From a virus, in the IMG/VR virus record IMGVR_UViG_3300028133_000003, positions 4,219 to 68,218 of that record: a DNA stretch of 64,000 bases. The stretch is one strand, 5' to 3'. The position numbers and the translations under genes were made by a program. This document shows, in pieces, positions 9,009 to 19,600 of this stretch (the first letter of the stretch is position 1; every line of letters begins with the position of its first letter). The notes under the pieces were generated by a model that ran no database searches, had not been told where the DNA came from, and saw only the letters and a program-made list of their open reading frames with translations.

Positions 9009-9683
9009 TTAAGTATTTAATGACCACCCTTTTTCTTTATTAGCATTTAATATGAAATATGAATCTACTAAGTCATCAATTGGTTTAGGGATCTTTTCTG
9101 TAAAGTCTTTACCTTGAGTCCATTTCCATAAATCTGTTTTCCTTAAATCTTTATCATTAAAAACGTCGTCTTGGAACGCCTTTACCATGTAATGTTTATT
9201 TGCATTACCTTTACCTGCTAATTTCTTAACATGGGAGGGTTGGTAAATTGAAATGTTTTCTACGCCCCAAGCATTAACAATTTCATTTCGTAAAAAGGTA
9301 TTATACTGAACAATGTCAATAAATGAGTTTCCTTTTGAACCATAAGAGAATCCTTCTAATGCAATCTTATGGTTTTGAGTACCAAATAAGGTTATTAAAA
9401 TATTTGAAATTAAATCAGCTATGTTTTGGCCGTCTGTGAGTTTTTCCCTTTCCCTAAGTAAAAAGTCTTTATCTTTTACTTGTCTATAATAAGGAAATCC
9501 TAATATTGATTTATCATCCATTAGTTCTTTATGGACCGAGAATGACTTTGGGATTTTTCTACCTTCTTCATCCCATATTCGATTACCGTAATTAAAGAAT
9601 GTAATAAACGTGTATTTGCCTTTGCTATCCTGAGTACATGTACCTGGACTATTAAGAGAAAAATCTATACCTGTGTAAATCAA
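9009..9683 (-). CDS. RuvC-like (RNase H fold) Holliday junction resolvase/nuclease
   Basis: GIDFSLNSPG, IALEGFSYGS, PSHVKKLAGKGNANK, DDLVDSYFI. Confidence 0.75.
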   Translation of the reverse strand: MIYTGIDFSLNSPGTCTQDSKGKYTFITFFNYGNRIWDEEGRKIPKSFSVHKELMDDKSILGFPYYRQVKDKDFLLREREKLTDGQNIADLISNILITLFGTQNHKIALEGFSYGSKGNSFIDIVQYNTFLRNEIVNAWGVENISIYQPSHVKKLAGKGNANKHYMVKAFQDDVFNDKDLRKTDLWKWTQGKDFTEKIPKPIDDLVDSYFILNANKEKGWSLNT

Positions 9684-9693
9684 TTATAATGAA

Positions 9694-10050
9694 TTAAAGC
9701 TTCTTACCTAGTACTGCTCCTAATGCAGCACCAATTAATCGACTGGTTAGTAAATCATACAAGGCACCTTTTTGAATACCTAATACTTTCGCGATAGCCT
9801 TTCCTACAGATTTACCTAAAGCAAATCCAGTAAGTCCACCTAAAACAGATCCTAATATACCTTCGTTAATTATTTCCTCCATAATAACCTCTAAGTCTTT
9901 TCCGTTATTGTGCTCCTCCATAATTCTATCAACTGCATTATCAATTGCAGTTTCTTGCTCCTCGGTTAAATCATAAGATTCATTTAATAGATTTTGTATA
10001 TCTATAGAATCATCATGATCTTCTGTAAGATAATCTTTGAATGTTTTCAT
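9694..10050 (-). CDS. Putative virion protein: acidic propeptide plus glycine-zipper membrane-active C-terminus
   Basis: MKTFKDYLTE N-terminus; IINE|GILGSVLGGLTGFALG...GAALGAVLG. Confidence 0.6.
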   Translation of the reverse strand: MKTFKDYLTEDHDDSIDIQNLLNESYDLTEEQETAIDNAVDRIMEEHNNGKDLEVIMEEIINEGILGSVLGGLTGFALGKSVGKAIAKVLGIQKGALYDLLTSRLIGAALGAVLGKKL

Positions 10051-10072
10051 TGCTTTTGTATTTGTTTATATA

Positions 10073-10627
10073 TTAGGTTAGATTAATTTTAGTTTCTAAA
10101 GCGTTGTATGTAAAATTAATATCAAAGGTTTGGAATTCTATCGTATTACTCGAGAAGTTTAAATCTAATGCACTAACCCCAGTCATTATCATATCTTTTA
10201 GTTGACAAGTTACAAAGATGTTACCTTCTCCATCTATCATTTGCAATCCTATACCTTCAGGCACAAACGGATCTTTACCACTCTGCTTATAATAAAAATC
10301 AAAAACTTCTACAGCCATCCAATAATTTACCCAACCGTCAAAAGCCTGCATAGTTACAGTTAATTGTTTATCAAATAATTCTTGTGTAGGTAAACTAGTT
10401 CTAAATCTTCTAGTATTTCCAGGAAAGTCATTTTGTGTAACTGGATCAAAACTAGGCCCAGGTAGATTCATTGATTGTATTCCATAATTAAAATAATCAA
10501 TAGGTTCTTTTATCATAGACCCAGGCATCCTATTTAAGTATGGTTTATACTTATCCGAAATTTCCTTAGGAATAAAGTTTCTAGGAAATTCAAATTTAAA
10601 TTGATTATTTCTTGCACTTAATATCAT
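10073..10627 (-). CDS. Tail tube terminator (T4 gp3-like, tail-tube fold)
   Basis: IQSMNLPG, LTVTM..W, LDLNFS...FDINFTY pattern of the gp3/gp19 family. Confidence 0.6.
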   Translation of the reverse strand: MILSARNNQFKFEFPRNFIPKEISDKYKPYLNRMPGSMIKEPIDYFNYGIQSMNLPGPSFDPVTQNDFPGNTRRFRTSLPTQELFDKQLTVTMQAFDGWVNYWMAVEVFDFYYKQSGKDPFVPEGIGLQMIDGEGNIFVTCQLKDMIMTGVSALDLNFSSNTIEFQTFDINFTYNALETKINLT

Positions 10628-10634
10628 ATCTTAA

Positions 10635-11639
10635 TTATCTTCTTCTAAATAGATTTCTTCTCTGACGACCTGCTAAATCTTTAATAGTTCTTATACTATC
10701 TATATCTTCTATTGGTCCTTGCCTTGTTGTAAATTCCTGGTTTAACTTGCTTGCCTGTTTAAAATACTTTTTAACCTTTTTATTGTTTGGCGCAGTTTTA
10801 GTCTTTTTAGTAATGGCTTGTATTTGTTGCCTTTTCTTTTTATTTTGCTCTGCTAATAATTGAGCATTCTTAGCTTCTTCTAATATAAGCTCGGATTGCG
10901 CATCACCTAACTGAGCCGAAAGCTCAGCTACCTGATCTGTTAGAGATAAATTTGAAGCCTCTAAAGCTTTTATTGTAGCAATTTGATCTTCATCTAAAGA
11001 TAGCATTTCGGCTAACTCTCTGTTGAGCCTTTCTATTTCGCTCTGTAGTTTTGCCAATTCTTTAGCATACTGTAAAGATATTCTTTTTAATTTAGCTGTC
11101 ATTGATTCTTCCGCAGCATCCTTTATTCCTAAAAATGTACCGGTGTATAAAACACTCTCATCACTAATACCATTTTCATCTACCATTCTCGTGGATATGT
11201 AAAAGTTATTGTTGTCTAAAGATAAAATCTTTTTAGAGCTTTCTTTATCAATTTTAAATAAAACCTGACCTTGTGAAAGATCAACTTCTTTTACCTTAGT
11301 CCAATTAGGAATTCTTATTTCATCGTTCTCTCCAATAAATACTAAATTTAATGTACCTACATTACTAAGGTCTATAGGTGTATCCGCTAAATCTCCATTT
11401 TGACCAGTCTCATCATATAAAGTAAAAATAATATAATCATCAAAAGGTGATATTCTTATTACACCATCGCCTTGTGGCAAAGGCTCAGCTGTAGGGTTTA
11501 AAGTTGTAAACTTAGTATAATATTCTTTCTCTTTTCGTGTTACTGATATTCCTGTGCTGATGCCTAATGGCGTAGCCGTTCTTCTAGGTCTATTAAAAAA
11601 AGATCTAGATTTACTTTCTGATTTATTCTCCTGTTCCAT
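10635..11639 (-). CDS. Hypothetical virion-module protein with C-terminal coiled coil
   Basis: 334-aa ORF overlapping the upstream gene; heptad-rich C-terminal half. Confidence 0.55.
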   Translation of the reverse strand: MEQENKSESKSRSFFNRPRRTATPLGISTGISVTRKEKEYYTKFTTLNPTAEPLPQGDGVIRISPFDDYIIFTLYDETGQNGDLADTPIDLSNVGTLNLVFIGENDEIRIPNWTKVKEVDLSQGQVLFKIDKESSKKILSLDNNNFYISTRMVDENGISDESVLYTGTFLGIKDAAEESMTAKLKRISLQYAKELAKLQSEIERLNRELAEMLSLDEDQIATIKALEASNLSLTDQVAELSAQLGDAQSELILEEAKNAQLLAEQNKKKRQQIQAITKKTKTAPNNKKVKKYFKQASKLNQEFTTRQGPIEDIDSIRTIKDLAGRQRRNLFRRR

Positions 11640-12990
11640 TGTCTGTTTCTGTTATTGTTTGTATTTTAGCTGGAGATATCGATGCCTTAACATTTAATCT
11701 ATCTCTAAAAGAAGTAACATATTTAGTTTTTACTACCAACTGCTCGACAATTTGATCTGATGTTTGCCCAGGCTTGTCTATATTTCCATTTGTTACAATT
11801 ATACTCGCGCCATCGTCAGGGGCTATCTTATTATATACATTTGCAACTGTTGGTACAACACCTAAATTTATTTTCATTAATCTTCTTCCGTATTTCTTAA
11901 CATCAAACGAAGTCAGTTTAGCTTGTTTAATTATTTGAGTATTATCACCACGATTATAAATTCTCAGTAAATAGTTAATTGAAAAAGATGCGGCAACTGC
12001 GCTATTTAAAATAATTGGTCTAAATAATATAGGATCATCAAAGTTAGTAGTTTGCGTAAATACCTGCGTACTTGTTTTAACAAACGAAGTGTTTATTTGT
12101 TCACTTACATTAATTTCATGAAAGACTACCCAAGATGAACCTAGGCTAGCCATAAAGTTAGAAAATGTAGATCCTGTAACTTCACCAGTTAATTCAAAAT
12201 AATCTCCACCGTCTGATTGAGTTACACTTGCATATAAGTTATCATAAATATCTCTATTAGGTAAAGTTACCGAATTAATTTCCTCAACATTGTAATAATC
12301 ATAACCGTTATCAATTATAGTTTCATATATACCTGTTGCCTTAAATGTTATAGTTGGAGTACTTAAGAATCCTTGCCCTTCGGTTAATTTAAATCCTAGA
12401 CCATTTGCAACAGCAGGATTAAAACTATTATTCATAAAATAAAGAGAAGGTATTCTCCACTCTATATATGATGCATATAAGTTATCATTAATAAGTACCG
12501 GGTCAGGATTAAATACTGGCGTATCATTCTTTAAAAAATTTATCGATGATAAGTTTAAAAGTAAACCATCCCTACGAGGAGCTAATGCTTCAAAAATAAT
12601 ACCGTCATATCCTGTGAATGAAAACCCTGAAATAAAATGTATTCTTATTTTATCATATTCAATGTTTAACTCTGGCGAGAATGTTTGCAATAAATTAGCA
12701 GAGTCAGTTAGCTTCGGGTCAAAATCATTATAAGGTACACCTATGTCAGTATCTAAATAAGCATATTGAGTCTTATTCTTACTTATAGAGGCAGCAGATA
12801 TATCTCGGTAATTACCCATTTCGCTTGAGACGTTTTCTGTGTTAAAAAGATAGCTGCCACCAGTATACTCATCTCTCATTATCTCTATTTGATGAGTTGC
12901 TGTGTTAAATTCGGTAGGATCTGATTGACTAGTGTATATGTACTCTAGCAATATTCCATCCGATAATTGTATAAACTTTGATGATTCCAT
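11623..12990 (-). CDS. Putative virion structural protein
   Basis: 455-aa beta-rich ORF in the structural module, with an AATAAATA box upstream. Confidence 0.5.
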   Translation of the reverse strand: MESSKFIQLSDGILLEYIYTSQSDPTEFNTATHQIEIMRDEYTGGSYLFNTENVSSEMGNYRDISAASISKNKTQYAYLDTDIGVPYNDFDPKLTDSANLLQTFSPELNIEYDKIRIHFISGFSFTGYDGIIFEALAPRRDGLLLNLSSINFLKNDTPVFNPDPVLINDNLYASYIEWRIPSLYFMNNSFNPAVANGLGFKLTEGQGFLSTPTITFKATGIYETIIDNGYDYYNVEEINSVTLPNRDIYDNLYASVTQSDGGDYFELTGEVTGSTFSNFMASLGSSWVVFHEINVSEQINTSFVKTSTQVFTQTTNFDDPILFRPIILNSAVAASFSINYLLRIYNRGDNTQIIKQAKLTSFDVKKYGRRLMKINLGVVPTVANVYNKIAPDDGASIIVTNGNIDKPGQTSDQIVEQLVVKTKYVTSFRDRLNVKASISPAKIQTITETDNGTGE

Positions 12991-13003
12991 TCTTTTTATT
13001 TAT

Positions 13004-13774
13004 TTACCACTGTAAAAATTTTGGTGTATAATTTAAACCTATTCCTACATAAGGCGCAAACCCATTACCGCTAAATCCCATTCCTAATTGTAATCCTAGC
13101 CCTAAGGTTTTTCTGTTTTGATATTGTAAACTTTTAAATGCATTACTATTCTGGTCAATTAAAATACCTTCGGCACTATTAAAAGTTGTACCAGGATAAT
13201 CAGTTAAAAGGTTTACAAATAATTCTTTAGTTATAACATCTCTTGTTAATGAAGCAGATAGAAATATGTTTTGTTTTAAATCAATATTAGCGCTTCCAAA
13301 ATTTAAAGTACTATCTAAAGTTTGGTAAGGTACAAAAACATTTATGTCTCTAAAACTTTTCCCCCATGTTTCTTTATCTGAAATTGTTAATGCAGAATTA
13401 AAATTATTAAAAAGTGTATCAACAATAGTCACAGGTACTTCTACGATAACTTCCTTTATTACCGTTTCTGTTTTAATAACCGTTACTGGCGGCTTTCCCT
13501 TTTCAAATTCTAATTTGCCTTCAATTTCTTCTAATGTTAAATTAAGGGCTCTTATTTCGGCAACTGCATTTCCATTTTTATCAATATAGTTTTCAAGTGT
13601 ATCTAAAGAAGCTTTCCAATTATTGCTAATCTTAGTGGCTTCACTCTTTGCTACTTCTGTTTGTTCACATTGCCTAAATAGTAAAATACATAACACTATA
13701 ATACCACCTAATAAAAACATTCTTGTATTTTTAGGATCGGTAATAATTGCAATTATGTTTCTTAATATTATCAT
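13004..13774 (-). CDS. Membrane-anchored coiled-coil protein (spanin-like candidate)
   Basis: N-terminal hydrophobic segment ending LLFRQC, then coiled coil, then C-terminal Gly/aromatic strands (APYVGIGLNY). Confidence 0.4.
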   Translation of the reverse strand: MIILRNIIAIITDPKNTRMFLLGGIIVLCILLFRQCEQTEVAKSEATKISNNWKASLDTLENYIDKNGNAVAEIRALNLTLEEIEGKLEFEKGKPPVTVIKTETVIKEVIVEVPVTIVDTLFNNFNSALTISDKETWGKSFRDINVFVPYQTLDSTLNFGSANIDLKQNIFLSASLTRDVITKELFVNLLTDYPGTTFNSAEGILIDQNSNAFKSLQYQNRKTLGLGLQLGMGFSGNGFAPYVGIGLNYTPKFLQW

Positions 13775-14013
13775 ATGCCTTCTTCATAGATTTTCATTAA
13801 CTTATATGGAGTAACATTGCTCTCTCCATATTTTTTAATTAAATCATCCATAAACTTTTTTTCTTTACCTTTCATAGAATCAAGTTCTTCAAAAAGACCA
13901 TCACGTTTTTCAGCTAAACTCTGTATACTCTTTTGCATAAGGTCTATCGAAGTTTCAATTTCTTTATACCTATCTACAAATCCTGCTAATTCTTTTCTTT
14001 CTTTTTTTGTCAT
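13771..14013 (-). CDS. Small coiled-coil hypothetical protein
   Basis: 80 aa, ATGA overlap with the next gene. Confidence 0.6.
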   Translation of the reverse strand: MTKKERKELAGFVDRYKEIETSIDLMQKSIQSLAEKRDGLFEELDSMKGKEKKFMDDLIKKYGESNVTPYKLMKIYEEGI

Positions 14014-14030
14014 TTTTCTAGTTTAAAATA

Positions 14031-16613
14031 TTAATAAATAAATGTATGTTGTTGTAATGTAACTCCTTTTACAACAAGACTACCAAGGTTATGAGCTCCT
14101 GCTACATTATTCCACCCTTTTTGTATAATCTTTCCACTCTGACTGCCATTACCACTATTATAAAAAGGGGTTGGTCCTTGGCCGCTAAACATAAATGTAA
14201 AAGTTTTCTGAGAGTGAGTAATTAGATAGTTGGCGCCTTGTTTTTCAATATCATCATCAGTTTCAACTTCAAGAACTCCTTGTTGAGCAGTATAATATGT
14301 TTGAGTGGTTCCAGTTCCTTCTTTCCAATATTGAGCAGATATAAAGGCTCGACCACCTTGATTAATGAAAGGATTAAATCCAGTTCCAGTTTGGGCACCT
14401 GGGACGTCGGATGCTCTAAACTCGGATGGTGCCCAATAAAGCTCAACTACAACAGTTTGACCATAAGCCATGAGCGAATTGTCAAAACTTAGTATAAATT
14501 CTGGGAAAAACACATTTTTACCACCATTTAATTTTGTAGACCAAAAATCATAAGTATTCGCATCTATTTCACTTGTGCTACCTATTTGAATTCTAATATA
14601 AGGTTTAGTAACTGGGATAATTACCGATATTGCAATAGGGCTTACATCTTGCCAATCTATAAAAGGATCATAATAATACTCTTGGATGTTATTCTCTCCG
14701 CCTAAAATTAATTTATTACTTATCTTAGTAACTTCTTTATCAACCCTAAACATTTCCGAAGCAGGATTCATATTATTACTTGCTCCAGTATCAAACTGTG
14801 TTGGTATCGTTTCCGTAGGCCCTTCATTTACAAATATCCCTACACTATCATCAACATTTGTAGCTTGATTATACTTAGGAATACCTATTACTACCTGCGA
14901 ATATTGACCATCATTAAATTGCTGAAATTGTGTAGTTGGAATTGTTAAATAATCACCATTGCTTGGGTCACCAAATTGTTGGACAACTCTGTTCTGATTA
15001 GAAAAATTCGTATTATACCGTTGATATACACTAGGATCAGTAATTTGAGGTGTACTATCGGTAATTGACCATGATTGATAACTAACAAACTCTGTGTGTG
15101 GTATGCTAACACCAGATTCAGCGTATTTAAGATTTATCCTAGGAACGATAGTCCCTGGGGCGATGTTAAGCTGACCTAATCTTATTTCGCCTCTACCTTG
15201 AATGTTAATATCTGAATTAACACCTTCTCCTTTTATATTAACTTCTGCACCATCTTGCCTAGCGCGTAAATCAACCTTATTTGGTAAAACATTAATTAAA
15301 GATGGAAGTGCTGGATTTACTCCGCCTTTACCGATCAAAGAGATACCTTGATTGGACAATACATTTACTTCTCCATTCACACCTATGTTTTCTATAGTTA
15401 TTATACCATCTTCTGACTGCAGAGCAATTGGACTAGCTCCACTGGCATTAGCTACTATATCAGTAGTTGATACCGTAAAGGCATTAGATCCTGCAGTCAT
15501 ACCGGCTTTAAAATTTGATCTTATCTTTAACTCATCATTTGATTGTATAACTATTTCACCTGCCTCGGCAAGAATCTTACCATCTAATACAGGGATTGAG
15601 CCAGGGACGGTTATATTTCCACCTACCTTTAAGTTTGCTTGTGCACCGGCACCAAGAACCTGTAAATCAAACTTAGCTTCTCCTGCACCATCTAACGGAG
15701 TAAAACTGTTTAATTCAATTTTAAAATCAGATGACCCAAATGAAGTATATGGATTTGTACCCATAGTACCACTAGTAAAGTTAAATCCTGTACCTGCTCT
15801 AAAATTTTGTCCTCTTTTGACCGTCTCATTAATAATTCCATAAGTATCAGCAATAGATAATGGAGAGGTTGATTGCTTAGGTACAGAAATAGCTAATATA
15901 TCATCAGGTAATAAACTAATATTACTAAGTAGTGATAATTGATCTTGTGTATAATTTTCAAAACCGTCACCACCCATAAATCTAATAGCCTGGGCCCCAC
16001 TATTTTTTTGGTGTACTAACATACTAGTATTTTCTGATGATAGTTGCCCAGCCATTACCGTAGATAATTGATATGCACCAGTTAAAGGTATGCCAGGGTA
16101 ATCTGCGTCATCAGGTCCAGCAATACCTACCGCGAATGTAGGAACACCTTCATTACTAGCATTAATAGTAGTATCAGTTGCTGGAATAAGAGAAGGGTAA
16201 GAAACATTTTTTGCAGCTGCTGAATAGTTACTTATCCCTGGTATTGGGGCATAACCAAACTGAGACAATCCTACCGAAGATCCAGTACTACCTTGTGGTC
16301 CTTGTAAATTTATTAAAGTGTTAACCCACGGTCCTCCTGGTTGATAAACCCAAACATCACCATTACTCTGCAAGTAATAATCATTTGCTAATGGTGTTAA
16401 TGTTGGTGGTGTTACAATAGGACTATCAGTCCCTTCGTACCATTCAGTACCTCTTTCCCCTCTCCCTCCAATAGGACCAGGTAAACCGGAAGGTCCTAGA
16501 GGTCCTATGGGACCACCACCATTCAATAATAGTTGATCAAAGTTAAAATTTATTTTATCAACTACTTGACTAACGGTATCAGAAGAAAGTAATTCTTGTA
16601 TGGTTAATGCCAT
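14031..16613 (-). CDS. Putative tail fibre/spike protein with short collagen-like segment
   Basis: N-terminal KINFNF motif, GPIGPLGPSGLPGPIGGRGERG, beta-rich body. Confidence 0.6.
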   Translation of the reverse strand: MALTIQELLSSDTVSQVVDKINFNFDQLLLNGGGPIGPLGPSGLPGPIGGRGERGTEWYEGTDSPIVTPPTLTPLANDYYLQSNGDVWVYQPGGPWVNTLINLQGPQGSTGSSVGLSQFGYAPIPGISNYSAAAKNVSYPSLIPATDTTINASNEGVPTFAVGIAGPDDADYPGIPLTGAYQLSTVMAGQLSSENTSMLVHQKNSGAQAIRFMGGDGFENYTQDQLSLLSNISLLPDDILAISVPKQSTSPLSIADTYGIINETVKRGQNFRAGTGFNFTSGTMGTNPYTSFGSSDFKIELNSFTPLDGAGEAKFDLQVLGAGAQANLKVGGNITVPGSIPVLDGKILAEAGEIVIQSNDELKIRSNFKAGMTAGSNAFTVSTTDIVANASGASPIALQSEDGIITIENIGVNGEVNVLSNQGISLIGKGGVNPALPSLINVLPNKVDLRARQDGAEVNIKGEGVNSDINIQGRGEIRLGQLNIAPGTIVPRINLKYAESGVSIPHTEFVSYQSWSITDSTPQITDPSVYQRYNTNFSNQNRVVQQFGDPSNGDYLTIPTTQFQQFNDGQYSQVVIGIPKYNQATNVDDSVGIFVNEGPTETIPTQFDTGASNNMNPASEMFRVDKEVTKISNKLILGGENNIQEYYYDPFIDWQDVSPIAISVIIPVTKPYIRIQIGSTSEIDANTYDFWSTKLNGGKNVFFPEFILSFDNSLMAYGQTVVVELYWAPSEFRASDVPGAQTGTGFNPFINQGGRAFISAQYWKEGTGTTQTYYTAQQGVLEVETDDDIEKQGANYLITHSQKTFTFMFSGQGPTPFYNSGNGSQSGKIIQKGWNNVAGAHNLGSLVVKGVTLQQHTFIY

Positions 16614-16620
16614 CGTATTT

Positions 16621-19600
16621 CTATTTTTTAATTATGGTAATACTAAAACCAAACGATTCAGTAAAACCACTCCTTTTGTTATATATTAGGCCGAGATCAA
16701 ATTGATTTGTATTTAATAATTTTGATCCTATTGCATCGTTAATACTTAAACCGCTTGATAATTTTTCAGAATTAGTTAGAGATGCTGTGTTAAAGTTGTT
16801 TAATGCTCTTTGCCTAGTTGCATTAACATAAAAATCAACATTAGATACTTTATAAAGCTGTAAAATATTTTGTTTAATATATCTTTCTACATCATCATCT
16901 AAAGTCTTAATATCACCAAAGCTAAATTCTGGTTTAATATACTTTTTAAATTGCTCTTTTATAGGTTCAAATAAAAATTCAATTAATCTTTTTTGAATAA
17001 AGAGATAAAATTTAATAGATGTTTTATTTTCAGTTTTCATAAATGTCCCATCTATTAAAGAAGGTTGCTTAATTGCATCCTTAATAAATTCAGGAGAATA
17101 TAAAAAAGTTTCAAGCTCTATTTGTTCTGGTACCTTTAAGTATTTAGATCCAAAGAATGATTTTCTTTCTGTCATTGCTTTTGTACCTATTATAGATTCA
17201 ATTAAAGATTTATCAATACTCTTCCTAAAATAAGCAGGTTCCCAGTTAGAAGAAAATGTATAAAAATCTCTACTAGCAATTCCTACCTCATTAATAAGTG
17301 GGTATAAGCTTAAGAATGCACTATCCCTAGAAAGTTCTAATACTGTTGATGGATCCTCCTCGTTTACTTTATGATAAAACAAATTCTTTATTATCCCAAA
17401 GTTGTCTACATCACTACTATTAAACTGAGTATTTGAATATCTACATAATTCCATTACCTTAAATTTATATAGCTCATCGGTTATAGATCCACCAGTAGAC
17501 CCAGTAACATTATCAAAATCAATTCCAATATAAGGATCTCTAAAATAAAAAATATCCAAGGCAGTAGGTTTATAGTACCCAGCATGTCTACCTATTGGAG
17601 TTACTCTAGGTTTTGTTTGTAGAGATAAATCATAACCGATAATATCAGTTAAATTAAATACGGTTGGTTTTGCAGGATCAGGTAATCTTCCAATATATAC
17701 AGATTTTAAAATGTCTTCTTGTGCTCTTAATTCTATTGAAAACGTTTGGGCCATATTACCATCAGAATCTAAAACCCTATTACCTTCTTTATCTATAGTT
17801 TCATAAATAATATCAGGCGCGCCTTGATTAACATTTTTTAATATAGTAGCAAAACCTACATCAGATAGTCTTGATGTGTATGTATTAAATCCACCATTTA
17901 CTGTAAAATAATCAGCAGCCTGTAAATCTATAATAGATGGTACAGAACCACCTGGTACAAATGGAACCCCATTGGCAGTAATAGTTTTTGCAAAAAATTG
18001 ATTATTAGATACAACTCTTACTATTCCACCTATTTCATAAACAACATTATTAATTTCAAAACTAACCGGATTAAAATTACCATTACTACCAATAGTTATA
18101 TCTCTTAAGAATCTAGGATTATTACCGTTAACATCATTTATACCTTGAACTAAATAAGCATTAACCGTAGGATTAAAACTAGTTCCAACAAATGATATTG
18201 CACCTTGTACTATACCTTCCTTGTAAAAATAATTACCTTCTTCTCCTGTGACTTCTGATTGTATCGGTTCACAACTGTTAAAAGATTGTGTATGAACTTT
18301 ATAATCACTTTCATATGAATACAAAGTAGTTCTATCAATACTTTGGTTGCCATCATTTATACATTCATTATCTAAAGTTAAAAAAACCATCATTACAACA
18401 GTCTTCCATTTATCATTCTTAATAAACTTAATCTCGGTCTCAGGTTTATTTGGTGCATTCGGCACAAGTATAGTAGAAAATCTATAATCATTAAATCTGC
18501 CATCATTAACATATTTTAATGACCTCGCATTAAAGTTAGGTTTTGTGGCTATATCAGCTTTAGGTTTTGCTACTATTCTAACACCTCTTAAAAATGCTTC
18601 AGCAAAATTCTTTTCATCACCACCACTGAATCTACCGTATCTTAACTGCCTATCTATTAAATTTATTATACCTCCGGTTGTAAACTTATCAACAATAAAA
18701 TAATCATTAAAATAATCTTTATTAATATCCTGGAATGTACCTGGGGTATACACAGTACCAGTTATAGGGTTGCTTTCTATTGTATCTGTTGGCGCTTTAT
18801 CTATATAACTCCACGAAGACTTAATTGCTTCGTTATTAAAATAATAAGGAAACTCACTTAAGTAGTACCATTCATGTGTAAATCCTGTGGCATCTTGGCC
18901 GATAGTCCATTTAGACGGTGCAAAGTTATTGGTACCAAATGATTCATTTACATTTAAACTATATGGTAAGTTTCTTACGTTCTTACCATCATTAATCCAT
19001 GACCACTTATTTATATAAGGAATTACTCTAGATGCGACTGCCTGTTGTTTTAAATAGTTTTCTTCTAACCTATCATATTCTGATTCAATAAAAGTATCAA
19101 AATCAACATCAGGATCTGCATTTTTTAATAAACCTATTAACTCAGAAAAACCGCCATCATCATAAAATCTTCTTATGTCAGGGTTTGCACTAACGTTAAC
19201 ATATTCACCATCTATTTCTTGGTTATAATGATCTACTTCATAATTAAGCTCCCCTAGTCTACTATACATAGTACTATAAAAGTCATAATCAAAATCTCTA
19301 ACAGGAAATATTGAAAATCTACCAAAAGAAGGTCTATAGTCAGAATATAAAGCAACCTGCCCACTATTAGTAACAGTTATCTGATTATCATTTAATGTTA
19401 TTATTACATATTCATCAATCTCATTATATCCTATGATATCACCAGTGCCATTTATAATAGGACTTTCTAAATATGGTACCCAATCACCGATAGTTGCCCA
19501 CCCATCATTAGATTGGACATAATTACCAGGAATGAATCTATCTTGATCCCCGTTTGCAACCTTAAGTAAAGAATTAGTAACATCATTACCCCCAACAAAA

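Noticed and set aside
9009-9683. RuvC domain as TnpB/Cas12 or transposase
   Set aside because: Only 224 aa, no zinc finger or HTH, no inverted repeats, and it sits in a replication gene block.
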